From: Chrysomallon squamiferum
Lineage: Eukaryota; Animalia; Mollusca
NCBI GenBank assembly: GCA_012295275.1
Contig: CM022673.1
Span: forward strand, 30,070,001 to 30,134,000
DNA: 64,000 nucleotides
Direction of reading: 5' to 3'
The notes beneath the pieces are model-generated. The model saw nothing but the letters and a program-made list of their open reading frames with translations, had not been told where the DNA came from and did no database searches. The position numbers and the translations under genes are program-made. Below, piece by piece: positions 1 to 12,795 of the stretch (its first letter is position 1; every line of letters starts with the position of its first letter).

Positions 1-418
1 ATATATATATATATATTGTAACCGATTTTTTTTTTTTTAAATTAAATATATTCCATCCCACTTTAGTATGCAAAACAAATACATTTATAATCATGTTGCT
101 ATGGTAACGCTTGTTGAATATTTTCGATATATCTTGATAGAACAACAGCTGGTAAGACCTTTGATACGGTTTTACAGCGGCGCTGTTCCGTTAAAGCCTA
201 TCGCATTACTTTAGCATAAAATTGATTACAAGCATCACACATTGCGGCCGAACAGTACTGCCAACCGGGTAGGGTTGTTACAGTAATAAATCGCAATTGC
301 ATAATAGTTGAGGGACCTTACTGGGAAATGTGTATGTCCAGCCATCCGTAAAACAATTGCTAGCGTAGGTGTCTTGTAAGCTTCGGGGACAAAACAGTTA
401 GATTTGTGCATCCAAGCA

Positions 419-698
419 TTCGGGATATCTCGGCCGAACACGTGTTTGTCATCTAAACTGTTCGGGACCTCTCGGCTATACACGTGCAGGTAATTTGAGG
501 CAATCGGGAACTCTCGGTTGTACACGTGTTTACGACCACAGATATTCGGGAAGTTTCGGGTGCACACGTGTGTGTTACGAGAAGATTAAAATAACGCACT
601 CATGCATTCAGGAACTCTGAAATATACACATGTTTTGAACTGAGATAAACAGAACGAAGCTGCGTTGGAACATTTGGAAGTTCTGGACGAGCACACTT
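419..698. repeat. Degenerate core/spacer array: 26-bp core (TTCGGGAnnTYTCGGnnnnACACGTG-like) with unique 16-bp spacers, 42-bp period
   Basis: Cores at 419-444, 461-486, 503-528 and 545-570 are exactly 42 bp apart and each ends in CACGTG. Weaker copies lie at 607-632 and 673-698. The spacers are unrelated to each other. Confidence 0.8.
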
Positions 699-918
699 TA
701 GCGATCTTGGAGATTAGAATAGAACAACGTGTGCGTGTTTATTACTAGAGGTGACAGAGAAATGCAAATTAAAACCATTCACCAACGTTCACGTTCTTTT
801 TCAAGTCTACTTATTTCAACATAGGAATATTACAATTTGCATGTGGATTTTTATTTCTATTTTTGTTAACTTTTTGTTGTTTTGGTGGTTGTTGGAAAAT
901 ATAACGTTTTCTTTGTCA

Positions 919-975
<57 letters not shown>

Positions 976-3105
976 CTTCCAAGTAGATATTTGTTTTTCT
1001 GTTTATCTGTCTTTCAATGTCTGTTTATTTAGTTATTAATTATTTTTATTGATCATATGAACTGTACGTTGCTAAGGCAATATCTGTATACATACATACA
1101 TACATATATCTTTATATATCACACCCCTGACTCACCCACCTGTATCTGCCCCTGAGGATAAGATGAACGATTATTTGGAAACTGAACTTCAGCAGGCACG
1201 AACTGCGTATCAGCTGTCATGGGACGAATCAAACGCTATTTTATGCCTACCTTTGTGCAACAGCTTGTCTGATGAAATTTGTGTGCAACGTTTAAAATAA
1301 TTCTATTCATAACAAACACCATTGTTCAAGTACTGATACGTTTACATTTTACATTGTTTTTATTAAAACTGCAAAATAATAAACAAAAAATTGAAGGACT
1401 TCAGCTACCTGAGGAGGTAAAAACATAAATGTTTATTGTTTTCAAAACAATGTTCAAACCGAATATGATTTAACAAATAAATAAGTAAATAAGTAAATAA
1501 GTAAATAAGTAAATAAATAAGTAAATAAATAAATAAATAAATAAAAATCAAGGACAAAAGAGTAATAATAAGATCAGTATATTTAACACTGAAAATACTA
1601 TCGAATTACAAATAAAGAATATATCCTTTATCAGCGACAAAACAAAAACATCAGTATAACAAATACGGACAATTCGGCTGTTACTTCCCTGTTGTTGCTG
1701 CTACTACTACTACAACAACTACTACTACTTCTGGTAAAAGTATTAAAGTTGCAATATTATCATAAATAACTAAATGACAATAAGAAGCTTGATCACTTAT
1801 TATTTATAATATCACCGTAGGACGAAGACTGAACAATAATTTCAACAACAGCATCTACGTGAAGACAGTTATCTTTTCATCCTTTAATGTTAATACTATC
1901 ATTAGAATCACAATAACACAAACACAAAACTACTAATGTAACAACAAATTTAAAAATAAAATAACAACCACATTATCCGTTACCATCACCGCTATAATGT
2001 CGTAGGAAGGAATGGAGAACTCTTCATTACATTTTAATTCCAAAAGTTTAAAAGTGTCAACATTATTTAAAATACTCATTGTTTTTGTAGTCACGATCTG
2101 GGAGAAGGAAAACCATAACGAACATTCAACGGATTACATTTATCAATTAGCAGCAAGAGACTTGTTTTTTTCAGTGTTACCCACTGAGAAACACATACAC
2201 CATAGTTTCATGTGCTATTGTATCATTTGCGGAGCACTGGGTGTAACAAGTAATTACCCAATGGCAGACTGAAGATGACAAATCTTGCATGTTATAAACC
2301 CTGGGGCAAATACTCTGTTTCCAAAGCTTCAGCATCCTCCCACATCATGAAGTATCAGTGACTGATGCACCAGCTTTTGTCAACAGACACACACGCTCTT
2401 TGTGTTTGCTAATCTCTTCCCGATCGCATCAAAGATGTATTTTACATTACTGTAGTGTCTGTGACAACAGCCGATAGGTTTCGGGTAACGCTTTAGCAGA
2501 AAACGTAGACGGCTTCGCCAGTAAATAAATAATAATGGTGTATAATTTTCTGCGAGCACACGGGCGACTTCAGTCAGAAGGATTTAAACCGGAATAATTT
2601 GGAGGGTTAAAGGTTGTGGTTTCGATTATCCACCAGATACTGCTTACGTCATTTTACGATCAGACAGCATGTAACGTGGATAAATTACGTAATTATATAA
2701 ATCTAATCTTCATTTTCTTTCGTTCTTCTCTCTCTCCCTCTGTCCTCCTGTCAGTATAATATTATACCTTTGTTTAATCCACTATTATGACATTTAACAT
2801 ACACCTGCAAATGTTAACAAAAGGTTTGTAATAATAAAGTGTTAAATTATGACTGATTCGCAATCGAATGCTGACTCTAACAAATTCAAGTTCGGTTACC
2901 TAAAAATGTATTCAATATATTATTATCTTGTAAGAAAATTATTTAAATATTTATTTATTAAATGAAATTTAAAAAAAAGAGAAAACCCCTGTAGTTTCTA
3001 CAATATGCATGCACTTTTATGCAAAAATTTATCAAGAGTAGTTTGAATATTTTTAGTTTCTTTCTCCCCTACATTGTGCATTAGTATGCATTCTGTTTCT
3101 CTCAG

Positions 3106-3110
3106 CTGAG
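3106..3110 (+). other. Candidate 5-nt microexon (CTGAG)
   Basis: Pyrimidine-rich acceptor ttctgtttctctcAG, then CTGAG, then donor GTAAGC. TGC motifs at 3077 and 3087; TGCATG at 3006-3011. Confidence 0.45.
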
Positions 3111-3404
3111 GTAAGCTAGACTCCTACAGTTCAGATCTGGATCCACAAGTATTGCTTACACGACTAAGAATTATGAAACATTTCCTCAAGCTCTTTAATC
3201 GTGAAAAAGTACCTAAATGTAATGCTCTTTGGTGTTTTGCTTTTACGCGGGAAATTTGAAAGCGCATCAGTCATATTTTTATTGAGAATATCAAATGATG
3301 ATTTCAGTTAACGTTATCGCGTTTATCCTATATCTCGCAGAATATTAAATTAAAAAACAAACAAACAATAAACAAATAGAATAAACACAGTGAAGAAGAA
3401 GCAG

Positions 3405-3454
<50 letters not shown>

Positions 3455-3962
3455 ATAACATAAAGAGAGAAAATCCTAATTATTTCTTAACAGCTGTTAA
3501 TTGTAAATATTATATAAAGTAAATCATATAAAAATGTTTTATCAACATAAATATACAAATAATATGGATTTTTATTTGTATGCATCGTTTAATTCTTTTT
3601 CTAATTTCGTTATATTCACGGTTTAATGGAACAAGGGACATAACTCATTTTATGAAAATTTATATTAGCTTGTATAATTATTCCCCTTTAGACATCTACA
3701 GTCTGAAAAGCATAAGAATTGAAAAGTTAACTCAAGGTTGTATTAGTGTTACTATTAAACGAAATTTAAAATTTATTAATACTGTTACACGGTCATGTGT
3801 ATGAGTTATGCTTATCGAGTGTTTTTTTTTTTTAATTGTTCTTTTATGTGCATTTATGTAAAAGCCCATTTTGAAAAAGCTCTTAGTTTAACAATGGACG
3901 CATCGTAAAACAGCGAAAGTGACAAACAACGCAGACGCCGCTGGTGGCGATGCTCACGAGGA

Positions 3963-3997
3963 CCACGTCCACGTCCACGTCCACGTCCACGTCCACG
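3963..3997. repeat. (CCACGT)n hexamer microsatellite in a small GC-richer patch
   Basis: Five full CCACGT copies plus a partial copy. Confidence 0.9.
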
Positions 3998-4063
3998 GCG
4001 TTTCTACTTGTATTTTATTATGTTTCGAAAGACTAAGGAGTACAACAGAAGAAAGACTGTCAT

Positions 4064-4110
4064 ATATGTATGTATGTGTGTGTGTGTATATATGTGTGTG
4101 TGTGTATGTA

Positions 4111-4143
<33 letters not shown>

Positions 4144-4451
4144 ATGTATGTGTGTGTGTGTGTGTATGTATGTGTGCGTGTGTGTGTATGTATGTATGTA
4201 TATGTGTATGTATGTATGTGTGTGTATGTATGTATGTATGTATGTGTGTATGTATGTATGTGTGTGTGTATGTATGTGTATGTATGTATGTGTGTGTGTG
4301 TGTATGTATGTGTGTGTGTGTATGTATGTATGTATGTATGTATGTGTGTGTGTGTGTGTATGTATGTGTGCGTGTGTGTGTATGTATGTATGTATGTATA
4401 TATGTATGTATGTATGTATGTATGTGTGTGTGTGTATGTATGTATGTATGT

Positions 4452-4491
<40 letters not shown>

Positions 4492-4556
4492 ATGTGTGTG
4501 TGTGTGTATGTATGTATATATGTATGTATATATATATATATGTGTGTGTGTGTGTA

Positions 4557-4587
<31 letters not shown>

Positions 4588-4697
4588 ATGTATGTATGTG
4601 TGTATGTATGTGTGTGTGTGTATGTGTGCGTGTGTGTGTATGTATGTATGTATGTATGTATGTATGTGTGTATGTATGTGTGTGTGTGTATATATAG
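4064..4697. repeat. Compound (TG)n/(TATG)n microsatellite
   Basis: Direct reading. It explains the ORFs 3919-4701, 4008-4697 and 4070-4729. Confidence 0.97.
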
Positions 4698-4805
4698 ATA
4701 AAGAAGAAGAAAGGATCAGTTGGATTTGAAACGAAACAAGTTATTTCTTTAGAAAGTTGGCATGCTTACAAAGCAGAAAAGTGAGAGAAGTAAATTCAGA
4801 GAATG

Positions 4806-4884
<79 letters not shown>

Positions 4885-4935
4885 CATTTATATATATATA
4901 CATACATTTATATATATATACATACATTTACATAT
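4806..4935. repeat. Interrupted (TA)n microsatellite
   Basis: Direct reading. Confidence 0.9.
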
Positions 4936-5561
4936 AAATATAAAATTATATAAATTTCCGTTTTGCCATTCTATATATTTTCTTCATAATGAAGCTAATT
5001 TCATCTTTAAAATTACATTCCTCTTTTCGCTGTCCTACAGTCTCGCCTAATCACATGAATAATTTTCAGTAAATAGAAGCTCTCTCAAACATTTCAGTAT
5101 GCTAGTAAATGTGCTGGGTAACCAATACTTTATTTGACAATATGTAACAAAGTGAAAACACCCCTTTCCTTCCCCCTCAAAAAAAAAAAAAAAATCTAGA
5201 AGAGAAAAACCAACGATAAACAAAATCCATCAAAATAAATAAAAAAAAAAATAAAAAAAAAAAGAAGAAAAAACTAAAGAAAGAAAAAAAAAAAAAAAAA
5301 GAAAGGAAAGAAAAGAAAAGTAGGTGTGACGTAAGAGAACGTGAATATTTCTGCAAGGTCACACAATTATTTTCACATTTCTAAGAATATGTCAGTCTTT
5401 TTTTTTATTAATCGCGGCAAAATCGTTGAAAAGATAGCGGACGAGAAAAACATTTGAAAGTAAAATTTAATTACTTGATTTTGAATCACAAAAACAGACA
5501 ATCGTGAATAATGAGTGTCAGTCATTATGTTTAATAATAATAACAAGAACATCAACAACAA

Positions 5562-5621
<60 letters not shown>

Positions 5622-5790
5622 GAGTAAGAGAGGAAAGAAAGAGGAAATAATAAAAAATATAATAAATAAAAAATAACAGCAGCAACAACAAAACATAAAA
5701 CCCCAGCAACCTCCCCAACAACAAAAAAACAACAAAGATACAAATTCAAAAAAAAAGAGTCAAAAGTAAGAGATATGTAAGAGTGAGACA

Positions 5791-5856
<66 letters not shown>
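5562..5856. repeat. (AAT)n tract (~5562-5617) and (CA)n tract (~5787-5856) with A-rich linker
   Basis: Direct reading. Confidence 0.9.
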
Positions 5857-5858
<2 letters not shown>

Positions 5859-6001
5859 TACAGATACGCAAATAGATGCACGTGGCATTGGAACATACAA
5901 AAAAGACATGCACGTACCAACATATATGTATTGTACTCTGCGGTGTTATCGGATGTATCGACCAATGCGTGTTCAGTTACTGGCATCGTAATATTAACAT
6001 A

Positions 6002-7572
6002 ATGTGTGTGTGTGTGTTACTATACGTCTGTGTGTATCACCATGTGTGTGTGTGTTACTATACGTCTGTGTGTATCACCATGTGTGTGTGTATGTTATTG
6101 TACGTCTGTGTGTATCACCATGTGTGTGTGTGTTACTATACGTCTGTGTGTATCACCATGTGTGTGTGTATGTTATTGTACGTCTGTGTGTATCACCATG
6201 TGTGTGTGTGTTACTATATGTCTGTGTGTATCACCATGTGTGTGTGTATGTTATTGTACGTCTGTGTGTATCACCATGTGTGTGTGTATGTTATTGTACG
6301 TCTGTGTGTATCACCATTTGTGTGTGTTACTATATGTCTGTGTGTATCACCATGTGTGTGTGTATGTTATTGTACGTCTGTGTGTATCACCATGTGTGTG
6401 TGTGTTACTATATGTCTGTGTGTATCACCATGTGTGTGTGTATGTTATTGTACGTCTGTGTGTATCACCATGTGTGTGTGTGTGTTACTATATGTCTGTG
6501 TGTATCACCATGTGTGTGTGTGTGTTACTATATGTCTGTGTGTATCACCATGTGTGTGTGTTACTATATGTCTGTGTGTATCACCATGTGTGTGTGTATG
6601 TGACTGTACGTCTGTGTATCACTATGTGTGTGTGTGTTACTGTACGTCTGTGTGTATCACTGTGTGTGTGTGTTACTGTACGTCTGTGTGTATCACTATG
6701 TGTGTGTGTGTTACTGTACGTCTGTGTGTATCACTATGTGTGTGTGTGTTACTATACGTCTGTGTATATCACCATGTGTGTGTGTATGTTATTGTACGTC
6801 TGTGTGTATCACCATGTATGTGTGTTACTATGTCTGTGTGTATCACCATGTGTGTGTGTATGTTATTGTACGTCTGTGTGTATCACCATGTATGTGTGTT
6901 ACTATATGTCTGTGTGTATCACCATGTGTGTGTGTATGTTATTGTACGTCTGTGTGTATCACCATGTGTGTGTGTGTTACTATATGTCTGTGTGTATCAC
7001 CATGTGTGTGTGTATGTTATTGTACGTCTGTGTGTATCACCATGTGTGTGTGTGTGTGTTACTATATGTCTGTGTGTATCACCATGTGTGTGTGTGTGTT
7101 ACTATATGTCTGTGTGTATCACCATGTGTGTGTGTTACTATATGTCTGTGTGTATCACCATGTGTGTGTGTGTGTGTGTACGTGTGTATCACCATGTGTG
7201 TTACTGTATGTCTGTGTATCACTATGTGTGTGTGTGTTACTGTACGTCTGTGTGTATCACTGTGTGTGTGTGTTACTGTACGTCTGTGTGTATCACTATG
7301 TGTGTGTGTGTTACTGTACGTCTGTGTGTATCACTATGTGTGTGTGTGTTACTGTACGTCTGTGTGTATCACCATGTGTGTGTGTTACTGTACGTCTGTG
7401 TGTATCACTATGTGTGTGTGTGTTACTGTACGTCTGTGTGTATCACTATGTGTGTGTGTATGTTATTGTACGTCTGTGTGTATCACCATGTGTGTGTGTA
7501 TGTGACTGTACGTCTGTGTATCACTATGTGTGTGTGTTACTGTACGTCTGTGTGTATCACCATGTGTGTGTG
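6002..7572. repeat. ~36-40 bp minisatellite built on a (TG)n backbone, roughly 40 units
   Basis: Unit (TG)n-TTACTATACGTCTGTGTGTATCACCA alternates with variant (TG)n-TATGTTATTGTACGTCTGTGTGTATCACCA. It produces the V/C-rich ORFs in all three + frames. Confidence 0.97.
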
Positions 7573-8608
7573 CGAGTAACACCAGGTGTGGGGGGTGTTA
7601 CTTTGTGTTTTTGTCGTGTGTCAGTGAGAATCGTGAATCGCTTGCTTCTCTTAAAGGGACATTATCGATCAGAATAGTTTAGATAAATTTAATCTGAAAG
7701 ACGATTATAAATTCTGCTAACTTAGAATGAAATCCAACAGCCTTCGAAAATAAGTACAAAATAAAATGAAAAGCACGCACACACACACACAATTAATAAT
7801 AATTATAAAAAGAAGAAGACAGACATGTGTATTTTATCTGCGTTATTTCATGTGTAGAAAGTAATTTGAAGTTACAGAGTTGTGAATGAAAAGACCTCTG
7901 TAACGTTTTTCTAGCAATTGAATTGAACTTCTTTTAAGGCAAGCGAAATCGATGACACATTTTCTATCTTATTATTTCTTCATCACTGTAAAGATCCGCT
8001 CTTCGGAAGCAGAACTGATCAGTCTGGCACTTTAATGTGATAACAGCCAAGTTACATTTTAGTGGAACAAAAACTTTGTGACGTTTTTACTTCTCCGACC
8101 AAAAAGCAAGGACGACACTGTCAGTTCACTTTAACTATATATTACTTCAAAAGCTATAACATAGTATATATTTTTAACTAAGTCACCTTTAAAATAAAAA
8201 ATATTGATCAATTTATCTTCATTTTCCATTTATCTCGAATGTAGAATATTCATTTATCCGTGCTTGCTAGTGTCTACTTTTATGTATACAGCTCTCAACT
8301 GTTTGTGAGTTATTTCAGTGAAACTTCAGCTTAACTGTGTTGTCACCTTGTAATAAATACAAAGTGAATCTAGGCGACACTGTAAGAGAATTCAGACTAC
8401 AAGTATCTAGAACTGTAGATTATTGGTACGGTATGTTTGAAAACTTGATAAAAGATAGTTAATCAGTTTTATATTATACACAAAAATCAAATATTATAAA
8501 ATAATTTAATATACACATATTTAACAAAAATTAAATTAAAATATTTTACAGTCTTTATAATTAAAGAGTCCAGATCTTTAGAAGACGTCACTGACGTAGA
8601 ATATAAAT

Positions 8609-8897
8609 AAATAATAACAATAATAATAACAACAATAATAACAACAATAATAATAATAATAACAATAATAATAATAACAATAATAATAATAATAACAACA
8701 ATAATAATAATAATAATAATAACAACAACAACAACAATAATAATAATAATAATAACAATAATAATAATAATAACAATAACAATAATAATAACAACAACAA
8801 TAATAATAATAACAATAATAACAATAATAACAATAACAATAACAATAATAATAATAACAACAACAATAATAATAATAACAATAATAATAATAATGAC

Positions 8898-8937
<40 letters not shown>

Positions 8938-9025
8938 TAATAATAATAATAACAACAACAATAATAATAATAATAATAACAATAATAATAACAATAATAA
9001 TAATAAAAATAATAATAATAATAAC

Positions 9026-9057
<32 letters not shown>

Positions 9058-9063
9058 TAATAA
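8609..9063. repeat. Long (AAT/AAC)n trinucleotide microsatellite
   Basis: Direct reading. It is the source of the poly-L and poly-Y/C ORFs. Confidence 0.97.
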
Positions 9064-11357
9064 AAAAATTAAATAAACTTAAAAAAAGAAAAATCTATAA
9101 CCTTATTCTAATCACAGCAAGTTTGAAATCTTAGATAACGAGGTTTTCAGAAAATGAGACAGCTATGATGAAATAATACAAACTGAAGACAGTTCACAAG
9201 ATGTAACTAAGTTAAATGTTTTTCTTCTATTATGTGTCTTCCTGTCTTTTAGAAAATTTGACAAGGGTAACACGCGTTTATTTTCTCATCCTTTCACTCA
9301 CACGCAAACACACACACGCATATATACATATACATACAGAATAACAGTTATATAATTATATAAACATAATTTAAAAAGAAAGAAGAATGAAAGCCAATAG
9401 TGTTCTAAATAAGAATGAATGAATGAATAAATAAATTAAAAGAAGAATACTGTAGCATTAAATATTTATCAAAAATCCTGAAAAAAGAAGAAGAAGAAAA
9501 AAGCTTATAATTTGTTAGACTGTACAGATAAACAAAATACTTACATTTTTATTATTATTTTTTTTAGTTTTAATGTCAATTTCTTTTTAATGTTCTTTAA
9601 TTTTTTTAAATACCTGATCTTGCAACTTGAACCTGCAAGGAGTTATTAAGTAAAAAAAATTAAATTAATAATGAGAAGAAAAATAAAAACAATAATTCCA
9701 AAAAGCAGAAGAAATAATAAAGGAGAAAAAAGAAATTCTTCGAGTCAAGGAAATTAAATGTCTTTTAAATTTTAAATTTGTTTTTAGTCACGTATAACGA
9801 TGTGCTTGATTTATTCATTCTGTTTTGAAAATTACGTGAAATTTGTGGAACACATGATTTTCTTGGGCAACTGCTGAATATATTTTATTTTTACAGAGTC
9901 GGAGTTTGTCAGCGATTATTTCCGTTTCACGCAGATAATATTAGACACTAGTAATGAGAGATCCTGCTGCGTTATTAATGACTAGCAACATGCAAAATAA
10001 TGTTTACTAAATGAATCAAAAGGAAAAAAAAAATGGTGACCTTTTCCATTATCATTGATAAATATATGATTCTATATTTTCAGCTGGAAAGTGCAAAAGA
10101 AAACAGTATTTATGTACAAAAGAAAAGTAAATAAATAAAATTAAAAAAATACAAGTAAATAAAAAAATGTGAATATAAACTATACTAAAGACAAAGAAAG
10201 GAAACCCAACCAACCAACAAAAAATCTCGAAACAAACAAACAAATAAACAACTTTAAAAAATATAAATTTAAAAAAAACGTCCTGCTATAACAGCAAAAG
10301 ACAAAAAAGGAATAAAAAAGAACAAACAAATCCCCAAATACGAAAAACAACAAACCAAAACAAAACAAATCAAAGCAAAAATGGATAAGAAAATAATTAA
10401 ATACAAAACAACATAAATAAATAAATAAATAAAAGAAAAAATATCAAGAAACAAACTTCCTACTCTTCGAAACCACACTCAAAACAACAACAACAAAAAG
10501 ATCCAAATAACCAAAACAATAATTAAAAACAAATCTATACAAATAATCCAAAATGAAAATAAAACAAATCATCGCTAGAAAAAAGAAAGAAACAAAACAA
10601 AGTTAAAACAGTCGATGAAGAAACGAACAGAACGACCGAAAATAAAAATAAATAAATAAATTAATAAGAAAGTTTCAGTGCTTCAAGTACAGGTATAAAA
10701 GTACTTCCATTAATAGTAAGATGCATACATACTAACACACTTTTCTCAAACAGAAAACTTTCTAATCTCAATAAATAAATACAAAAATATTTAACAAAAT
10801 CCTTATCTTCCTAATCTTTTTCTACACAATAAAAACAAAGATTTCTTTTTAATGACAAAGTGAAAAGAAACAAATTAAAAATAAGAAAAAATAAGATGTT
10901 TTTAATATTCATTAAATATCATTTTTAATATCGTATGATATTTATTTTTCGGATTGCAAAAATTAATTCAGCTCTTTTCCTATGTTAATTAAAGGTAAAT
11001 ATTAATGAAATAAAATAGGTAAAACTATTTTCGTACTTTGTTAAAACGGTACGCCTACGACATAACCAGGTTATTCATTTAAGAATCTTATTTCCACCCA
11101 CCCATCCATCCATCCATCCATCCATCCGTCTGTCTGTCTGTCTGTCTATCTACCTATCTATCTATCTATCTATATAGTTTTACACAGTATTTTTATCTTT
11201 CTCTTTCTTTCGAGAAATATTTTTTTTTGAATCTTTATGACAGAAAAGAAGTAACTCATAGAAAAAAACACATCCAAGAACAACAACAATAAAAAAAAAG
11301 AAAAAAAAAAAGAAAAGAACAAAAAACAACCTTATATACACCTTCTCTAAAACTTTT

Positions 11358-11422
11358 ATGAGGTTCGACCCACCAGACTTTCACGCCCCAGGTTAACTTT
11401 TTAACGACTGAGCTACAACCCG
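11358..11422 (-). pseudogene. Degenerate tRNA-like sequence, probably a tRNA-derived SINE head
   Basis: Minus strand has A-box-like TAGCTCAGTCG and B-box-like GGGTCGAACC at tRNA-like spacing. No intact cloverleaf is visible. Confidence 0.45.
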
Positions 11423-11787
11423 CTTCGAGGTATTCGAACCAAACCTGGGAACAGACGATTCATACCATGAACGCGTTATCCGGCTTCCAGTCTTTTCGAC
11501 AGTTCATCGACAAAATTAACTAATTAAGATTTCCTGAATTTCCAATTCCATTATTATCATGTGAATTAATGGACCATTAGTAACTTCTGCTACTATTGAC
11601 TCTATTGTACATGCTTTTGTACTTTAAGAGAACATAATATAATAGTGAACTAGAAAAATTCGCGTGAAATTGTTATTATGATACGAAAAATGATAAATCG
11701 AGCATTTATAATTATCATGTGTATGAATAAAAATTTCGCTTTCACACTCAGTAAAATGATATAATGATCTGCAGACAATGGAAAAAT

Positions 11788-11790
<3 letters not shown>

Positions 11791-11875
<85 letters not shown>
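11791..11875. repeat. (CT)n microsatellite
   Basis: Direct reading. Confidence 0.97.
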
Positions 11876-11878
<3 letters not shown>

Positions 11879-12701
11879 CACTTACTCGGACACTCACTCT
11901 TCGTATAAAAACGGTAGGCAGAGAGGGAAAAATATACCGAAAAACATCAACATTTTTTAATATGCTTCTTCTTTTATTTACCAATACATACGGATATTTA
12001 AAGAATATCGAAAAGTATTTTACAAAAAATAAATAAATAAATAAATAAAATTAAAAACAAATAATATAAAAGAAAAAGAAGAAGAAGAAGAAAAGAAGAA
12101 GAAGAAAAAGAAAAAGAAAAAGAAAAAGAAATAAAAGATAATAATAATAATCAATAAAAAAATATGAAAAAATTATCTGACTAAAAGAAAGGGCCTAATA
12201 TACATTCTTCCGTGTCATAAAATATTCACTACAAAGTCCCTTTAATTCCTTACACGGTGATGATTCAAATAAAATTCTAACATCGATGGTTTTACAGAGA
12301 TGCTTTCTTAATTTGGACTCTTCTGAGAAGTGGATTTGAAACTCTTATGCAACATAACCTAATACCTTATCAGTCATCAGAGTCTTGTAAATATTGTCAT
12401 CCTTTCCTTATTAAGCATGCATTACACTCAATAATTAAGCGTCATATAATACATTATTATGAATATTTAGTATTGGATATTAGTAAGTGGTTTCCTTGTG
12501 TGCTTGGTTTCCAACAGGATAGCATTTAGGGGCATCAAAATAGAGTACTGATATAAAATCCAGTTTTCATTTAGAATGTATTATTGTGATTGAGTTACAG
12601 CTTATCAGTGCATGTTAAATTATAAGTCGTAACATAAGATTTTCTCTTGTTAATAGTTTTATAATGAACGTAAGATTTTCGTTATATATTAGTGTCGTAA
12701 C

Positions 12702-12710
<9 letters not shown>

Positions 12711-12792
<82 letters not shown>
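12711..12792. repeat. (GA)n microsatellite
   Basis: Direct reading. Confidence 0.97.

Positions 12793-12795
<3 letters not shown>

Noticed and set aside
419-570. CRISPR array (repeat/spacer look)
   Set aside because: Eukaryotic context, no cas genes, degenerate repeats and spacers of only 16 bp. Kept as a non-CRISPR finding.
1163-1300. 45-codon ORF MNDYLETELQQARTAYQLSW...
   Set aside because: Short, with no splice signals or recognisable homology.
3919-4729. Three overlapping 219-260 aa ORFs
   Set aside because: Translations of the (TG)/(TATG) microsatellite.
5876-7677. 567-aa, 499-aa and 349-aa Cys/Val-rich ORFs
   Set aside because: Overlapping frames are all open because the TG-rich minisatellite lacks stop codons. 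There is no protein-like complexity.
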